From Callorhinchus milii (taxonomy: Eukaryota), in contig NW_024704742.1 of NCBI RefSeq assembly GCF_018977255.1, positions 44,642,001 through 44,706,000 of the forward strand: DNA of 64,000 nucleotides, read 5' to 3'. Of this stretch, positions 50,844 through 62,945 are shown piece after piece. The notes under the pieces were generated by a model. That model saw only the letters and a program-made list of their open reading frames with translations, made no database searches and was not told the DNA's origin. The translations under genes and the position numbers were made by a program. Position 1 is the stretch's first letter. Every line of letters begins with the position of its first letter.

Positions 50844-51560
50844 TAATAATAATAATCCTTGCATTTGATATAGCTCCTTATCATGTCTTCGAGACATCTC
50901 AAAGTGCTTCACAGAATATACTGTAAAGCGAATTGATTGTGTACGTGTACGTGGAGTCCTGTAGCTCAGTGGTTAGAGCACTCGCTTTGCAAGTGAGAGA
51001 CCCGAGTTCAATTCCAGGCAGGGCGAAACCTTGGGCAAGTTTCCTTACTCCACACGCCTAATAATAATCCCTCCAAAACAAAAAACAATAATAAATTGGT
51101 CATTTTTAATCTACGACTGTTTGTGGGACATTGCTGTGCGCAATTGGCTGCCGGTTTACCCACAAATATACAGTCAATTCACTTTACAGTGTATTCTGTG
51201 AAGCGCTTTGGGACGTCCTCCTGACGTGAAAAGCGCTATATCAAATGCAAGGATTATTATTATTATTATTTGTTGTGGGTGAATCGTGGCAGCCAATTGT
51301 ACATTGCAATGTCCCACAAACAGTCATGGATTGACTGACCAAATTATTATAATGTTTATATGGATTTTTTTGGGAAGGGATTATTACCACTGAAAACGTG
51401 ATCCACCAATCGACTAACAAACAGGTTGCTACTTACTGCTCGGTGAACAGTGGCATGTTGAGTAAAGAAACTTGCTAATGTTTCGCCCTGCCTGGGAATT
51501 GAATCCAGTTCCTCTCACTTGCGAGGCGAGTGCTCTAATTACTAAGCTACAGGATTCCAC
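50844..51560 (-). mobile_element. Long-subfamily SINE split by an inverted short-subfamily SINE
   Basis: Outer parts 50844-50950 and 51271-51560 are collinear. Confidence 0.9.
50951..51270 (+). mobile_element. tRNA-Ala/CORE/Deu SINE, short young subfamily, full length
   Basis: GTAGCTCAGTGGTTAGAGCA (A box), CTTTGCAA anticodon loop, GAGTTCAATTCC (B box), CCTTGGGCAAGT (CORE), Deu core, L2-A-type tail, (ATT)n. Confidence 0.95.
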
Positions 51561-52864
51561 AATTTAAACTGGTACTGCACCTTTTACATCAACAACAAAA
51601 TTTGCATTTATATCGTGCCTTTCACGTCAGAAGGATGTTCCAAGCTCTTGGACAGTGAAGGGTTTGCACCCGAGCTGGAGATTCAAGTCAACTAAGAACG
51701 CTTCATATCTCAGGCACGTTTATTGCAGATCTCGATTTCCAATACTCCAATACCACACATGCCTAATGCAGTATGTGGGGACTTTACTTTCCCTCTCCAT
51801 CAGCTCTTGTGTTTAAGCTCTTTTTAAATTTGCTTTTTGTATGGATTAGCACCATATTAAACCATTTGACCTTCTAGTATATCCTTGGGCAATTCCTATA
51901 ATACAATGGGTATATCTGTAGCAAGGCATTAGGGTCTACAATGTGGTTTGATTTCAGTCATTTGTCATGTATCAGTTCTGAAGTGGATCTCTCTCCCACA
52001 CATATCTTAATGTCAACATTCATAAATGTGAGTTGCACATTTGCCTGAAGCCTCAAGGATTGTAGCAGTTGAATGCTGGTTAGTGGGATAGCCCACAGAA
52101 ACATCATAACTGAACTTTACAGTGTATCCTGTGAAGAGCTTTCAGATGTCCTCCTGATGTGAAAGGCACTATATTAAATGCAAGGATTATTGTAGCATTA
52201 TACAATCAGATTTTTCTTCAATATATCCACTCTCCCATGAACTGGTGTTTGTTTTACTGCCACTGTGTGTGAGCCACAAGTTGAATGTACGATCGGCTTC
52301 ACAGAAATCACCATTGAGAATAGTGCCCAGGGAGACGGGGGAGGGGGATTACAACAACAAGAACTTGAATTTATACGGTGCCCTTCATGTAGAATATCAT
52401 CTCTTAGCGCTGTACAGTGGTGGAGTTGGATGTTGAGCAAAGGAGAGGTGTGCGATTGAAGAACAGCAGCTCTGTGTTAGCTGAGTGAAGGGGGATGGCA
52501 GATGAGTGGGTACGAGCACGTCAGAGAGATAGGGAGTGCTGGGATTTGTATGTGAGGGTGAGATCATTATCAAGTATTTCTTCATGAATACACAAGTAAT
52601 TTTTTCTCTTTCCTGGGACCCTGAAGTTTGAAGTCCACCTTTATTATTCCGGAGACAGGCATCGATATTTGTATCGATGAATGTTCCAAAATGTTTTTTC
52701 TAGCTTCCTGTAATACAGTTTATGTTTAACTAAATAACTGAAAATGAGGCATTAAATATACATTAACTATACACAAAAGGAAAACGCAAAGAAGATGTTT
52801 GGAAGAATTCACCTAATATTTTTCATATACATATGTATATATAAACGTATATTATATATATTCT

Positions 52865-53475
52865 GAGTTCAAGCCCCACACCAGAGCTTGCAGTAAAGGC
52901 TGTCGCTCCAATACAGTGTTGGAGGAGCACTGCATTGTTAGAGGTGCTGCCCTTCGCATGAGACCTTAAACCAAGGTCCTATCTCCTTGTTTAAGGGGAA
53001 GTCAATTGTCCCATTGGGACTATTTGATAAACAGTTTCCTGGCCAACAACCCTCCAGATAAAACCGGTCATCCATTTTATAGTTGTTTGTGAGACATTGC
53101 TGAGTACACATTGCCTGCTGCTCACCTACAAATTCACAAAGTAGTCACTACACTTCACAATAAAAATCCTGTGAAGCTCTTTGAGATGTTTCAAAGAAGC
53201 GGTAAAGCACTGTATCAAATATAAGATTATTATTATAAAATAGCTTACTACTTTGAAAGGTCTACGCATTATTTCTATAAATTTATAATTTTTTAATCAC
53301 TTAAATAATAATAATAATCCTTGCATTTTATATATTGTCTTATCGTGGCTTTGAGGCATCTGAAAGCAAGTCACGCAATATAATGTAAAGTGAATTGACT
53401 CTGTATTTTGTGGCGAAATGTGGCAACCAATTGCGCACAGCAGTCTCACAAACAGTCGTGGATTGAAGTGACCAA
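52865..53475. mobile_element. Old + strand Deu SINE (52865-53237) tail-to-tail with a - strand SINE 3' half (53303-53475)
   Basis: GTTCAAGCCCCAC head, Deu core, and opposing ATT/AAT tails. Confidence 0.8.
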
Positions 53476-55074
53476 CGTTTTATGAAGGATACAGAGAGAA
53501 AAAGCTAGAGAGAGAGAGTGACACAGAGCAAGTGAAACAGACACACAGAGAGAGACAGACAAATACAGTGAAATGACATCTGGTGAACAATGATTATAAA
53601 ATTTTGCAACTTTTTTTTCCTGGCTAAACACAAATAGGAGCTAACTTTTACATCTGTTTTTGTACCTGTATTTGTAAAGAACTTATATTTTTCCTATTGG
53701 GAGCTTAACTGTCTAATGCTTATTCTTCAGTTCTTGCTCCACTACTTCTGCCCTTTGCCCTCAGAGTTCTTAAGATGTACACACGTATACACTTCAAATG
53801 CATGATAAACACACAAAAAAGAAGTATGAGATAAACTGTACTCGTAAAAGTACTTCTTACCTGGTTCCTACCAATAATCACTGTATTGTCTGTATATTTA
53901 ACCGTGTCCTTTCATGGGAACACATGAACACATTTACCTGGAATCACGTTATCATCAATAACACAAATAATAATAATCATAATCCATACATTTGGTATAG
54001 CACTTTTCAAATGGGGAGGACATCCCAAAGCACATCAAAGGATATACTGCAAAGTGCAGTGACTGTGTGTTTTGTGAATGAAAGGTATTTGTAAAAAAAA
54101 GGAAATTGCACAATTTTCAGGTACAGGTATATTTAATGGAATGAATCCATCTTCCTCCTTTTTGGTGAGAGGACATAATACAGTCAGTGCATTACAATAA
54201 TCACTCTGAGACACTACCCTGGGTGAGGGCCACTATATAAATGCAAGTTGTTGTTGTTGATCATCCTCTGGATCACTTCTGATATTTGCTTGTTGTATGA
54301 AATTTGTGTCTAAGTGATTCTCAGAATCATACATTCTTAAAGAGCAGAAGGAGTCTATTCGGCCCATCAAGTGAAGTAGTTGGTCACTCTGATTTACCCT
54401 AAATCATGAAATCGCTTTGCTTTGACTTCCTTTTTTCCCTTGCCTGAAACAAACCTGAAAATGACAGAGATTATTTGATGATTATTAAACTTAAACTGGA
54501 ATCTATGATTCATTATATCCAACATTAAGCAGACCTTATAACTGCAAAATGAGAGTATAATAAAAAGGAAGTCTCAGCAAATATTAGAACTGCTCATATT
54601 GTGAATCATCATATAAACTCAACAAAAGTAAGATTTAAAAGAAGCGGTGAGCCTAACCTTTACAGTGTGCCAGTCTAAGAAACTCAATATTGATGATTTA
54701 TTTGCAAAGGAATATTTCTGTAGCTGGAACTTTTTCACATTCCAAACCTTTCAACACAAGATGAGCTGCTTGAAACTGCATACCCAAATGATGGCAGCAT
54801 TGTAAGCTCTCTTACCTTACACTAACTATAAACACCAGGCTGCAGTACTCTTGAGCTTTCCAGTACCATAGCAACATCCATCAGAAACTCAATGTGCAGA
54901 ACTCAGACCTCCACTTAACAAAACACGCAAAATATACTTTACAAGGAAAAGCAATAGAAAATTGTACAGAATCAAACTGAAATGACATAAAAAAAAACTC
55001 AAATATGATAAGTATCTACACAAAGCTAAGTATCAGAAATTTGAATTAACAATATTATGATGGATGCTTCAATT

Positions 55075-55455
55075 ACAATACAACACAATTTACATTTATA
55101 TAGAACCTTTCACATCAGGAGAATACCTCAAAGTGTTTAAGTGGATGAGCACCCAAGGTGGGGGTGTAAGTGAAAGGGAGTTGGGAGGGGAAAGATGACC
55201 AAATGAGTGTCAAAGAGGTAGTTCTTGAGATGGACTATGGATGAGGTGATGGAGGGAGGAAGTCAGACAGACTCTGGAGCAGAGTTCCAGAGAGTGGGGA
55301 AGAATGGCTGAAAGCTGCCTGATGATGGTTGGACGTATGGGGATGGGTGTGGTGGAGACATGAACCAGAATTTCACGGAGGAGGTCATTGAAGGAGGTTG
55401 CAGAGTTAGGGTGGGGTGAGATCATGGAAATGCATAATGGTGAGAATTTAAACAA
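55075..55455 (-). mobile_element. Old L2 3' fragment
   Basis: Antisense PTII..AFSHS.P.LWNS remnants and tail. Confidence 0.65.
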
Positions 55456-55856
55456 ATGGCACTCCAGAAGAAAACAAAGTGATACTGAATATGATTCTTT
55501 GTCACTGACCAGAATAATACAAACCACTGAGAGCTACTTGAAAGACAAAGAATATTAATTGCTTTCAATAAAAATTAATCTTTTTAAAAAAATACAAGCT
55601 TTTTAGAAAAGACGAATAAAAGATGAAAACAGCTTGAGAAAGATAGTAAACATATACTGCAGTTCAATGTAGGTCTAATGATATTGAAAAAATATACACC
55701 ACTGGACAACTTAGTTTCTAGATAGCTCAAACCTTAATAAACATATTGGAACAAATGTTCCTCTATGGTAATTTTAGAAACAACATCAGTCTAATTTGCA
55801 GGTTGTGCATGTGTTAGCATGTGTACAGAGTGATTACAAGATTCACTTAATAATTT

Positions 55857-56558
55857 ATAATAATAATACTTGCATTTTGATATAGCGCCTTATCACATCT
55901 TCGAGACGTCTTAAGGCACTTCACGGAATATAATAATAATAATCCTTGCATTTGATATAGCACTTTTCACATCTTCTAGATGTCTCGAACCGCTTCACAG
56001 AATATGCTGTAAAGTGAATTGACCGTATATTTGTGGGCGAAACATGGCAGTGAATTGCGCACAGCAGTGTCCCACAAACAGTTGTGGATTGAAAATGGCC
56101 AATTTATTATTGTTTGGTTTTTTGGAAGGATTATTATTAGGCGCGTGGAGTAAGGGAATTTGCCCAAGGTTTTGCCCTGCCTGGAATTGAACCCAGGTGT
56201 CTCGCTTGCAAGGCGAGTGCTCTAACCACTGAGCTACAGGACTCCACTGTAAAGTTTATATACTGTAAAGTGAATTGACTGTATATTTTGTGGGAGAAAC
56301 ACTGCAGCCAATTTCACACAGAAGTGGCCCACAAACAATCATGGATTGAATGACCAAATTTTATTTGTTGTGAAGGAATTATTATTACCCCGGAAAAGCG
56401 ATCTGCCAATTGACTAACAACTGGGCTTTTACTTGCTGCTAGGTAAACAGAGGCGTGTGGAGTAAAGATACTTGCCCAGTGTTTTGAACTGTCGGGAATT
56501 CAACCCAGTTCTCTCGCTTGCAAGTTGATTGCTCTAATCAATGAGATACAGGACTCCA
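55857..56558 (-). mobile_element. Long-subfamily SINE containing a same-orientation short-subfamily SINE (55933-56247)
   Basis: Outer element resumes at CTGTAAAGTGAATTGAC; ATATA duplicated at 55928-55932 and 56258-56262. Confidence 0.9.
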
Positions 56559-58292
56559 ATATAATTAACGACAAATGAAAAAGAAGTGCAAAAGCATTCT
56601 TTACCATTGGTTCATATTTACATTATTAAGTATGCCTGTAATTCCCTCTATAGTTTACACATGTTTATCACAACCCACATATTAGATTCCATTACCAACG
56701 TGCCTACACAATACAAAATCACACGATAACATGATTGGTTTGGATGAAGAAAGCCTATCTGATTTCATCCTTCTAGCATATCTACTAAACTATCTTCACA
56801 TCACAGCATCAAGCTGTTTTTTCAATGAGTCCAGTGTCTTGGCCTCAACCACCATCCCTGGCAACCTATTCCAGTCATTAATTACTGTTTGATGTGATAT
56901 GGTTTGAATATTTGACTCCAATGTTTAAAATGTAAAACACTTATAGACAGAGTCTAAACATCAGCAGTTGTCACTGATGCTACCAGTGTCTACTTTGTTC
57001 AACAAAATTGAATGTTGGGAAATGCCATTACAGGAAAATTCAACCATATCCAACGTTCCTCCAAGCATTCCTGTCCCTCTAAAAATAGTATACAATTGTT
57101 TGTTGAAAAAAAGACATTTTAGTGTGTTAAGTTCTTGTTAAAGACTATTGAGGGATACTATTTGCATCACTGTTCAGCTGAGAATGCACATTGAAACGGA
57201 GGTAACGACCACCTGGTAAGAGCTTTAAAATCATTCACTATGTTCTTGATTCCATACTGACAACAGTTAGACCATTTGATCCAGTTTTATGTCTATGAGG
57301 CAGTAACTCTTCCACTAATCTTTTCCTTAGTTCATTAAAGTAGAACTAATTCACTGCTAATGACATTTATTGTATTATCTTTTGCAACAGTTTTTGTTAG
57401 AAGGACTCCATTCAGAGTGAGGGATATAAATGAGATAAATAATGCTTTCAGACACATTCTGTGCACCATTTTTTCAAGTTATTTTAGTAGACACAAGCAC
57501 TTACATTCAACCTTTTAGCTCTAATTACATCATTGTCTGTGTTTAGATTTTCGATGTCCCAATAATTTTTATAGTGGCACAGAAAATGGAGTCTAAGATT
57601 TGATAAAACACAAAGCACAATGTTTTCACTCTAGTTTGGTTTTGGCAACTGAGAAATTGAAGAAAGAAATTATCAGACATGATTCTCAAAGCAGCAAAGG
57701 TTATACGTGGAGCTAGATTCATAACCTACTGAGCTATCTGGAATGTTTCAGTATTTATAAGGAGAAATACTACTGTGTTTCTGCTGTTGGAATTTTTTTT
57801 AGTGCAAAGGGGGTTAATGATGAGATATGAAAGCAGCACTAGATATTGATTTCAGAGAGTGATAGAGCAGCAAACAATTAAAAGTGAACATGTGCCTGCC
57901 AAAGAAGCGACACGTTGATAATGAGTGAATGACATTTGGCAATAGGCCCAGAAGTTTGCACTAGATGTATGGAATAGAGAAAGAATATATGAAGTGTGTT
58001 GTGTGGTCCAAATCTGAGTTTGAATTTAAATGTTTTTTGTGAGATTGCATAAAGTTCCCGAATATACAGCTGTTATATTCCATTCTGTCCACTTTTACTT
58101 CTCTGAGGTTCCCATTTACAGATTGGATAGGTAGGGAGGTGTGGAGGCATGAAGGGATTTGAAAATGAATGAGAAGATCTTGAAGACAATCTGTTTGGTA
58201 ATTGTGAGCCAGTGGAGCCTGCCAAAGATTGGTGTGATGGGGGTATGGAATTTCATGTAGGTGAATATCCGAGCGGTGAAGATTTGAATTAA

Positions 58293-60905
58293 CAACAACA
58301 ACAACAATTTACACTTATACAGAGCCCTCCATGCAGGGTGGCATCTCAGAGTGCTTAACAGTTAGCGGAGCCTGACTTTGAGCTGGGAGTGGGAGATGAC
58401 CAATGGTGGAGAGGAGGGCATGAGGGATAAGCAGGAGGCCGGTGCCAGTCGAGTGGAGGTGCTGGGTGGTAGAGCCTGGCCAAAACTGGTGAGATGTGGG
58501 TACGGAGTTTGCTCCGGGTCAGTATGTGGGCAGCAGAGTTCTGGAAAAGCTGGATGTTTTGAATAGTGGATCTGGGGAGACCAGTAAGGAATGCGTTTGA
58601 GTAATCCAGGTGGAACGTGACAAACACATGAGGGCTAAGGCTGCATTTGGGGTAAGATACAGTCGGAGGTGGGCAATGTGGCGGAGTTGGAGGAAGGTGG
58701 TCCTGGTCAGGGACCGGATGTGGGGGAGGATGGACAGCTGGGGGTTGAACCGAATGCCTAGATTGTGCACTGGTTCAGTGTGTCTAAAGCAGAGCCCAGG
58801 GAAGTTGAGGAGTTCAGATTTGCAGGAGTGAGGACATTGACAGGAGCCAAGGAATATGGCTTCTGTCTTGTCCACATTCAGTTGCAGGAAGTTTACACTC
58901 ATCCAGGCCCCGATGTCTGACAGACAAGCTGTTAGAACACTGGCGAACCTGGAGTTGGTACTGGAGGAGGCAAAGTAAATTTGTGTGTCATCCGCATACA
59001 TATGGAAGTTTACCCCAAGTCTGTGAGATGACATCACCAAGAGGGAGCATATAAATGAAGAAACGAAAAGGGCAAGGATGGAGCCCTGGAGTACCCCACA
59101 AGTGACCGGGTGGGGGTGGGGGGAGAAACCATTTGCCAAGATAAAATGGAGGCAGTTGGTTAAGTAGAACTCGAACCATGTGAGTGCAGTCCCACTAAGG
59201 TGGATGAGGGCGGAGAGCCAATAAAGGAGGATGGCATGGTCGACTGTGTCAAACGCAGCAGAGAGATCCAGGAGGACGAGGAGTCAGAGGGAGCCCTGGT
59301 CACAGATAGAGAAAACGTCTTTTGTGACTTTGACAAGCGCTGTCTCTGTGCTGTGGGCAGCGCGAAAACCAGACTGCAGAGGCTCGAGGAGGGAGTGGAG
59401 GGAGAGGTGTGACCAAAGTTGACAAAACAACAACAACAACAAGATTCCATTTATAAAGCGCCTTTCACGTCAGGAGGACGTCCCAAGGCGCTGCACAGTT
59501 GGGTCATGCCCCGAGCAGGGGGGAAATGGTCAGGGTGAGGGGAGGGAGCGAGGAGGGGGGAAATGGTCAGGGGTGGGGAGGGAGCGAGGAGGGGGGAAAT
59601 GGTCAGGGTGAGGGGAGGGATGGGAGGGAGCGAGAAGGGGGAAGAGAGTCGAGAGGGGAGCTGAAGGCTCGGTCAAAGAGAAAGGTTTTGAGACCGGCCT
59701 TGAAGGAGGAGAGGGAGGAGGCGGCGAAGGCACTGGGGGATAGAGTTCCAGAGCCTCAGGGCTGAGAGGCTGAAGGCCCGACCACCAATGGTAGGGCGGT
59801 TGGGGCGGGGGACGTGGAGCAGACCGGAGCCGGAGGAACGGAGGGTACGGGCAGGTAGGTAGGGGGATAGTAGGTTGGAGAGGTAGGAGGGAGCAAGGCC
59901 GTGAATGGCCTTGTAGGTGAGGGTGAGGATCTTGAATTCGATCCTCTGGGGGATGGGGAGCCAGTGGAGGCGAGCGAGGGTGGGAGTGATGTGGTCCCGA
60001 AGCCTGGTGCGGGACAGTACACGAGCTGCAGAGTTCTGGATGACCTGCAGCTTGTGGAGGGAGGTGGCGGGAAGGCCGACGAGGAGAGAGTTCCCATAGT
60101 CCAGCCTTGAGGTGACAAAGGCGTGGACCAGGATTTCAGCAGCGTGAGGGGTGAGGTAGTGCCGTAGTCTGGCGATGTTCCGGAGGTGATGGAAGGCGGT
60201 GCCAGTTGTGGTGCGGATGTGAGGGAGAAAGGACAGCTCAGGGTCGAACAAAACGCCGAGGTTCCTGACTGGCTTTGAGAGGTGGAGAGTGCAGCCTTGG
60301 ATGCTGATGGTGTCGGCGCCTGAGGTGCGGAGGCGCTGACGTGAGCCAATCAGGAGGGCCTCGGTTTTTCGCACGTTGAGCTGAAGAAAGTTGTCTCTCG
60401 TCCAGGACTCGATGTTGGACAGGCAGCTGTCAGGACATCGGTGGTCGTGGAGTTGAGAGTAGAGGAGGGAAGGTAGAGTTGGGTGTCATCCGCATACATG
60501 TGGAAGTTAACTCCATGTCTGCGGATGATGTCACCAAGGGGGAGCATATAGAGGGTGAAGAGGAGGGGACCGAGGACAGAGCCCTGAGGGACTCCACATG
60601 AGACAGTACGGGGGGTGGAGGAGAAAAACAATGGGTTCCAGGATTTTGGCAAAGAAGGGCAGGTTGGAGATGGGATCGTAGGGTGAGAGATTAGAGGGAT
60701 CGAGGGTGGGGTTTTTGAGGAGGGGTGTGATGACAGCAGTTTTCAGGGGGAGTGGAATAGAGCCTGAGGAGAGAGACTGGTTGACTGTATCGGTCAGCAG
60801 GGCGGCAAGGAGGGGGAGTGAGTGACCAGCAGCTGGGTGGGGAAGGGGTCGAGGCAGCAGGTGGTGAACTTCATGGGCGATTGTGGTCGAGAGGGAGGAG
60901 GGAGA
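58293..60905 (-). mobile_element. L2 family B (middle tier; parts 58293-59430 and 60625-60905)
   Basis: [16 protein letters not shown] | [20 protein letters not shown] ... GVLQGS ... YADD; TSD AAAACAA around the inner insert. Confidence 0.9.
59431..60624 (-). mobile_element. Young L2 family A (inner tier), 5'-truncated within RT
   Basis: [21 protein letters not shown], 233-aa ORF 59673-60374, 3' UTR tandem repeat, stem-loop, (CAA)n. Confidence 0.97.
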
Positions 60906-62404
60906 AATTAATTGGATTCTATGTATGGTGGAGCTGGGGAGCCCATTAAGAGGGCATTGGAATAGTCGATGACTAAGTCGTGGACGAGGGTTTCAGCTGC
61001 ATTGGTCATGAGGTATGGAAGGAGGCCAGCAATATGATGGAGCTACTGCATCATTGGCATCCGAGACAGCACTGAGAGCGAGGGGTTAAAATCAATCCTA
61101 ACTATTACTGAAGGATGGGTCTTAATCTGTTTGACTAGAACTGAATTGGATGTGAGGATTTGTAATTCACTTGTAATAAAAGAAAAAAGTGGATCTCCTT
61201 TCATTGTGGAAGCCTTAAGGATGCTTTAGGAATACATATTCCTTATAAACTTGCCCTCTCTCCACTTAAAAAGGAATGCATTACACCGATTTACCAACCA
61301 GCTATACCTCTGCTCAGAATCACCAATATGTGAATAATGTATGTTGGCTCTTTATTACGTGCAGATAAATGAATGAATATTAATACAATTCAAAGTATTA
61401 AGAACATTCTGTTCTGAAAGCACTTTGCTTCAAGAAATTATTCATCACTGATATTTCACTTGTTTTCAGTGAAACCCTGCAGTCTTTTCTTATCATAGCA
61501 TTAGTTAGGTCTGATGGCATAATTGATTGAAATAAAGTAAATTGTAAATGCAGTGGGTGGAAATATCATTTATCTACACTGCAATAAATTAGTCAAATAA
61601 CTGACCACTTAAAGTGTCAATTATTTTCAATTCTTTTCTCTCAATCAGCAGAAAACCTTTCAGGGTGACTTAAAAAGGTTTGCAGCCTTGAAAAGCACTA
61701 TTTTTTATTTAATAACTGGCATTTAGAATACATTGAGATTGTTTTTCTAAAATAAAAACAAGTAATAAATTCCAGCTTTGTGTCAAATCAATAAGATGTG
61801 TACCTTGGTTTGCCGTACAGCTAAATAATTGTTGCAGTTTACTTGCCTCATTTTCACATTAATATATATTCCCAGATTTTCATGACTATTAATATTACTA
61901 TTACAGTGTATTAAAGTATTTACAATCCAATGAACTAATCCAAGAAAAGGGAATTAATTCCTATTCAAGCTTATTTGTTGGTGCTTGATAACTATCTTTT
62001 TTGGAAGCTGCTTTGAGATTGATTGTTTCAGTTTGCCAAGGGGAGGCATGTTTCAATCTGTTTGAGCCTGAATTTGTTTGAGTGGCGATGGATTATTGCT
62101 TCTGACCCTTGATCACATAATAATAATCATTCTACCTCTCTATGGTCTGCACCATGCAATATCGCCAGAATTGCAGTAACTCTGAAATTTGATTTTAATT
62201 TAAAAAAATTTTCACGGAATTGCGGAAAAACAACTTTCAAATTAAGACTGAATTAAAACATTTGCACAATTCTGCACCATCTTAAACTTTGAGATAAAAT
62301 AGTCTTAAAGACTAACACTAGGTAGAATTTTGGAGCTATAGTTGGCTTGTTGGCAAGGGAGTGTGCACAACTCAGAGTTTGATGACAACAGAACCACACA
62401 GAAT

Positions 62405-62945
62405 AGTCGCCTCCACTTTTCAAATGCCCTCCTCACTGGTCTCCCCAGTTCCATCATCCACAATATCCAGCTGATCCAAAACTCCGCCGCCCACAAACTC
62501 ACCAATACTAAACTCCGTACCCCGATCACACCAGATCTAGCCAGACTCCATTGGCTCCCTATAGCCGAACGGATCAATTTCAAAATGCTCACACTCAACA
62601 AATCCCTTCATGTCATAGTGTCTCCCTACCTTTCCGACGAGATTACTCCCCAACCCACTACTCACTGCCTCCCCTCGACTGGCTCCAGCCTCCTGCATGT
62701 CCCTCGTGTCTTCCGTTAGTGGCCGTGCTTTCAACCTCTACGCCCTGAAAATCTGGAAAACTCTTCCTGTATCCCTCTGCCTTGCCTCTTCCTTCCCTAC
62801 TTTCAGGTCGTGCCTGAAGACCTTCCTCTTCTACCGTGCCTACGGTCACCCCCAGGCTGGGCATTTACTCCACCACTGTCAAGTGCTCTGGGATGCTAGC
62901 CTGCGTAAGGGGCACCATATAAATACTATTTTTTTGTTGTTATTG
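62405..62945 (+). mobile_element. 5'-truncated L2 LINE (family B)
   Basis: ORF 62342-62719 SNALLTGLPSS...IQNSAA...LHWLPIAERINFK; tail. Confidence 0.9.

Larger units (their letters stand above)
58116..61045 (-). mobile_element. Oldest L2 fragment (outer tier; parts 58116-58292 and 60906-61045)
   Basis: Removing the insert restores in-frame ...TIHRIQL|IQIFTARIFT...LHWL; TSD AATTAA. Confidence 0.85.

Noticed and set aside
50955..51026. Functional tRNA-Ala gene
   Set aside because: It is a SINE head: no proper acceptor stem, and it runs straight into CORE/Deu/L2 modules in many copies.
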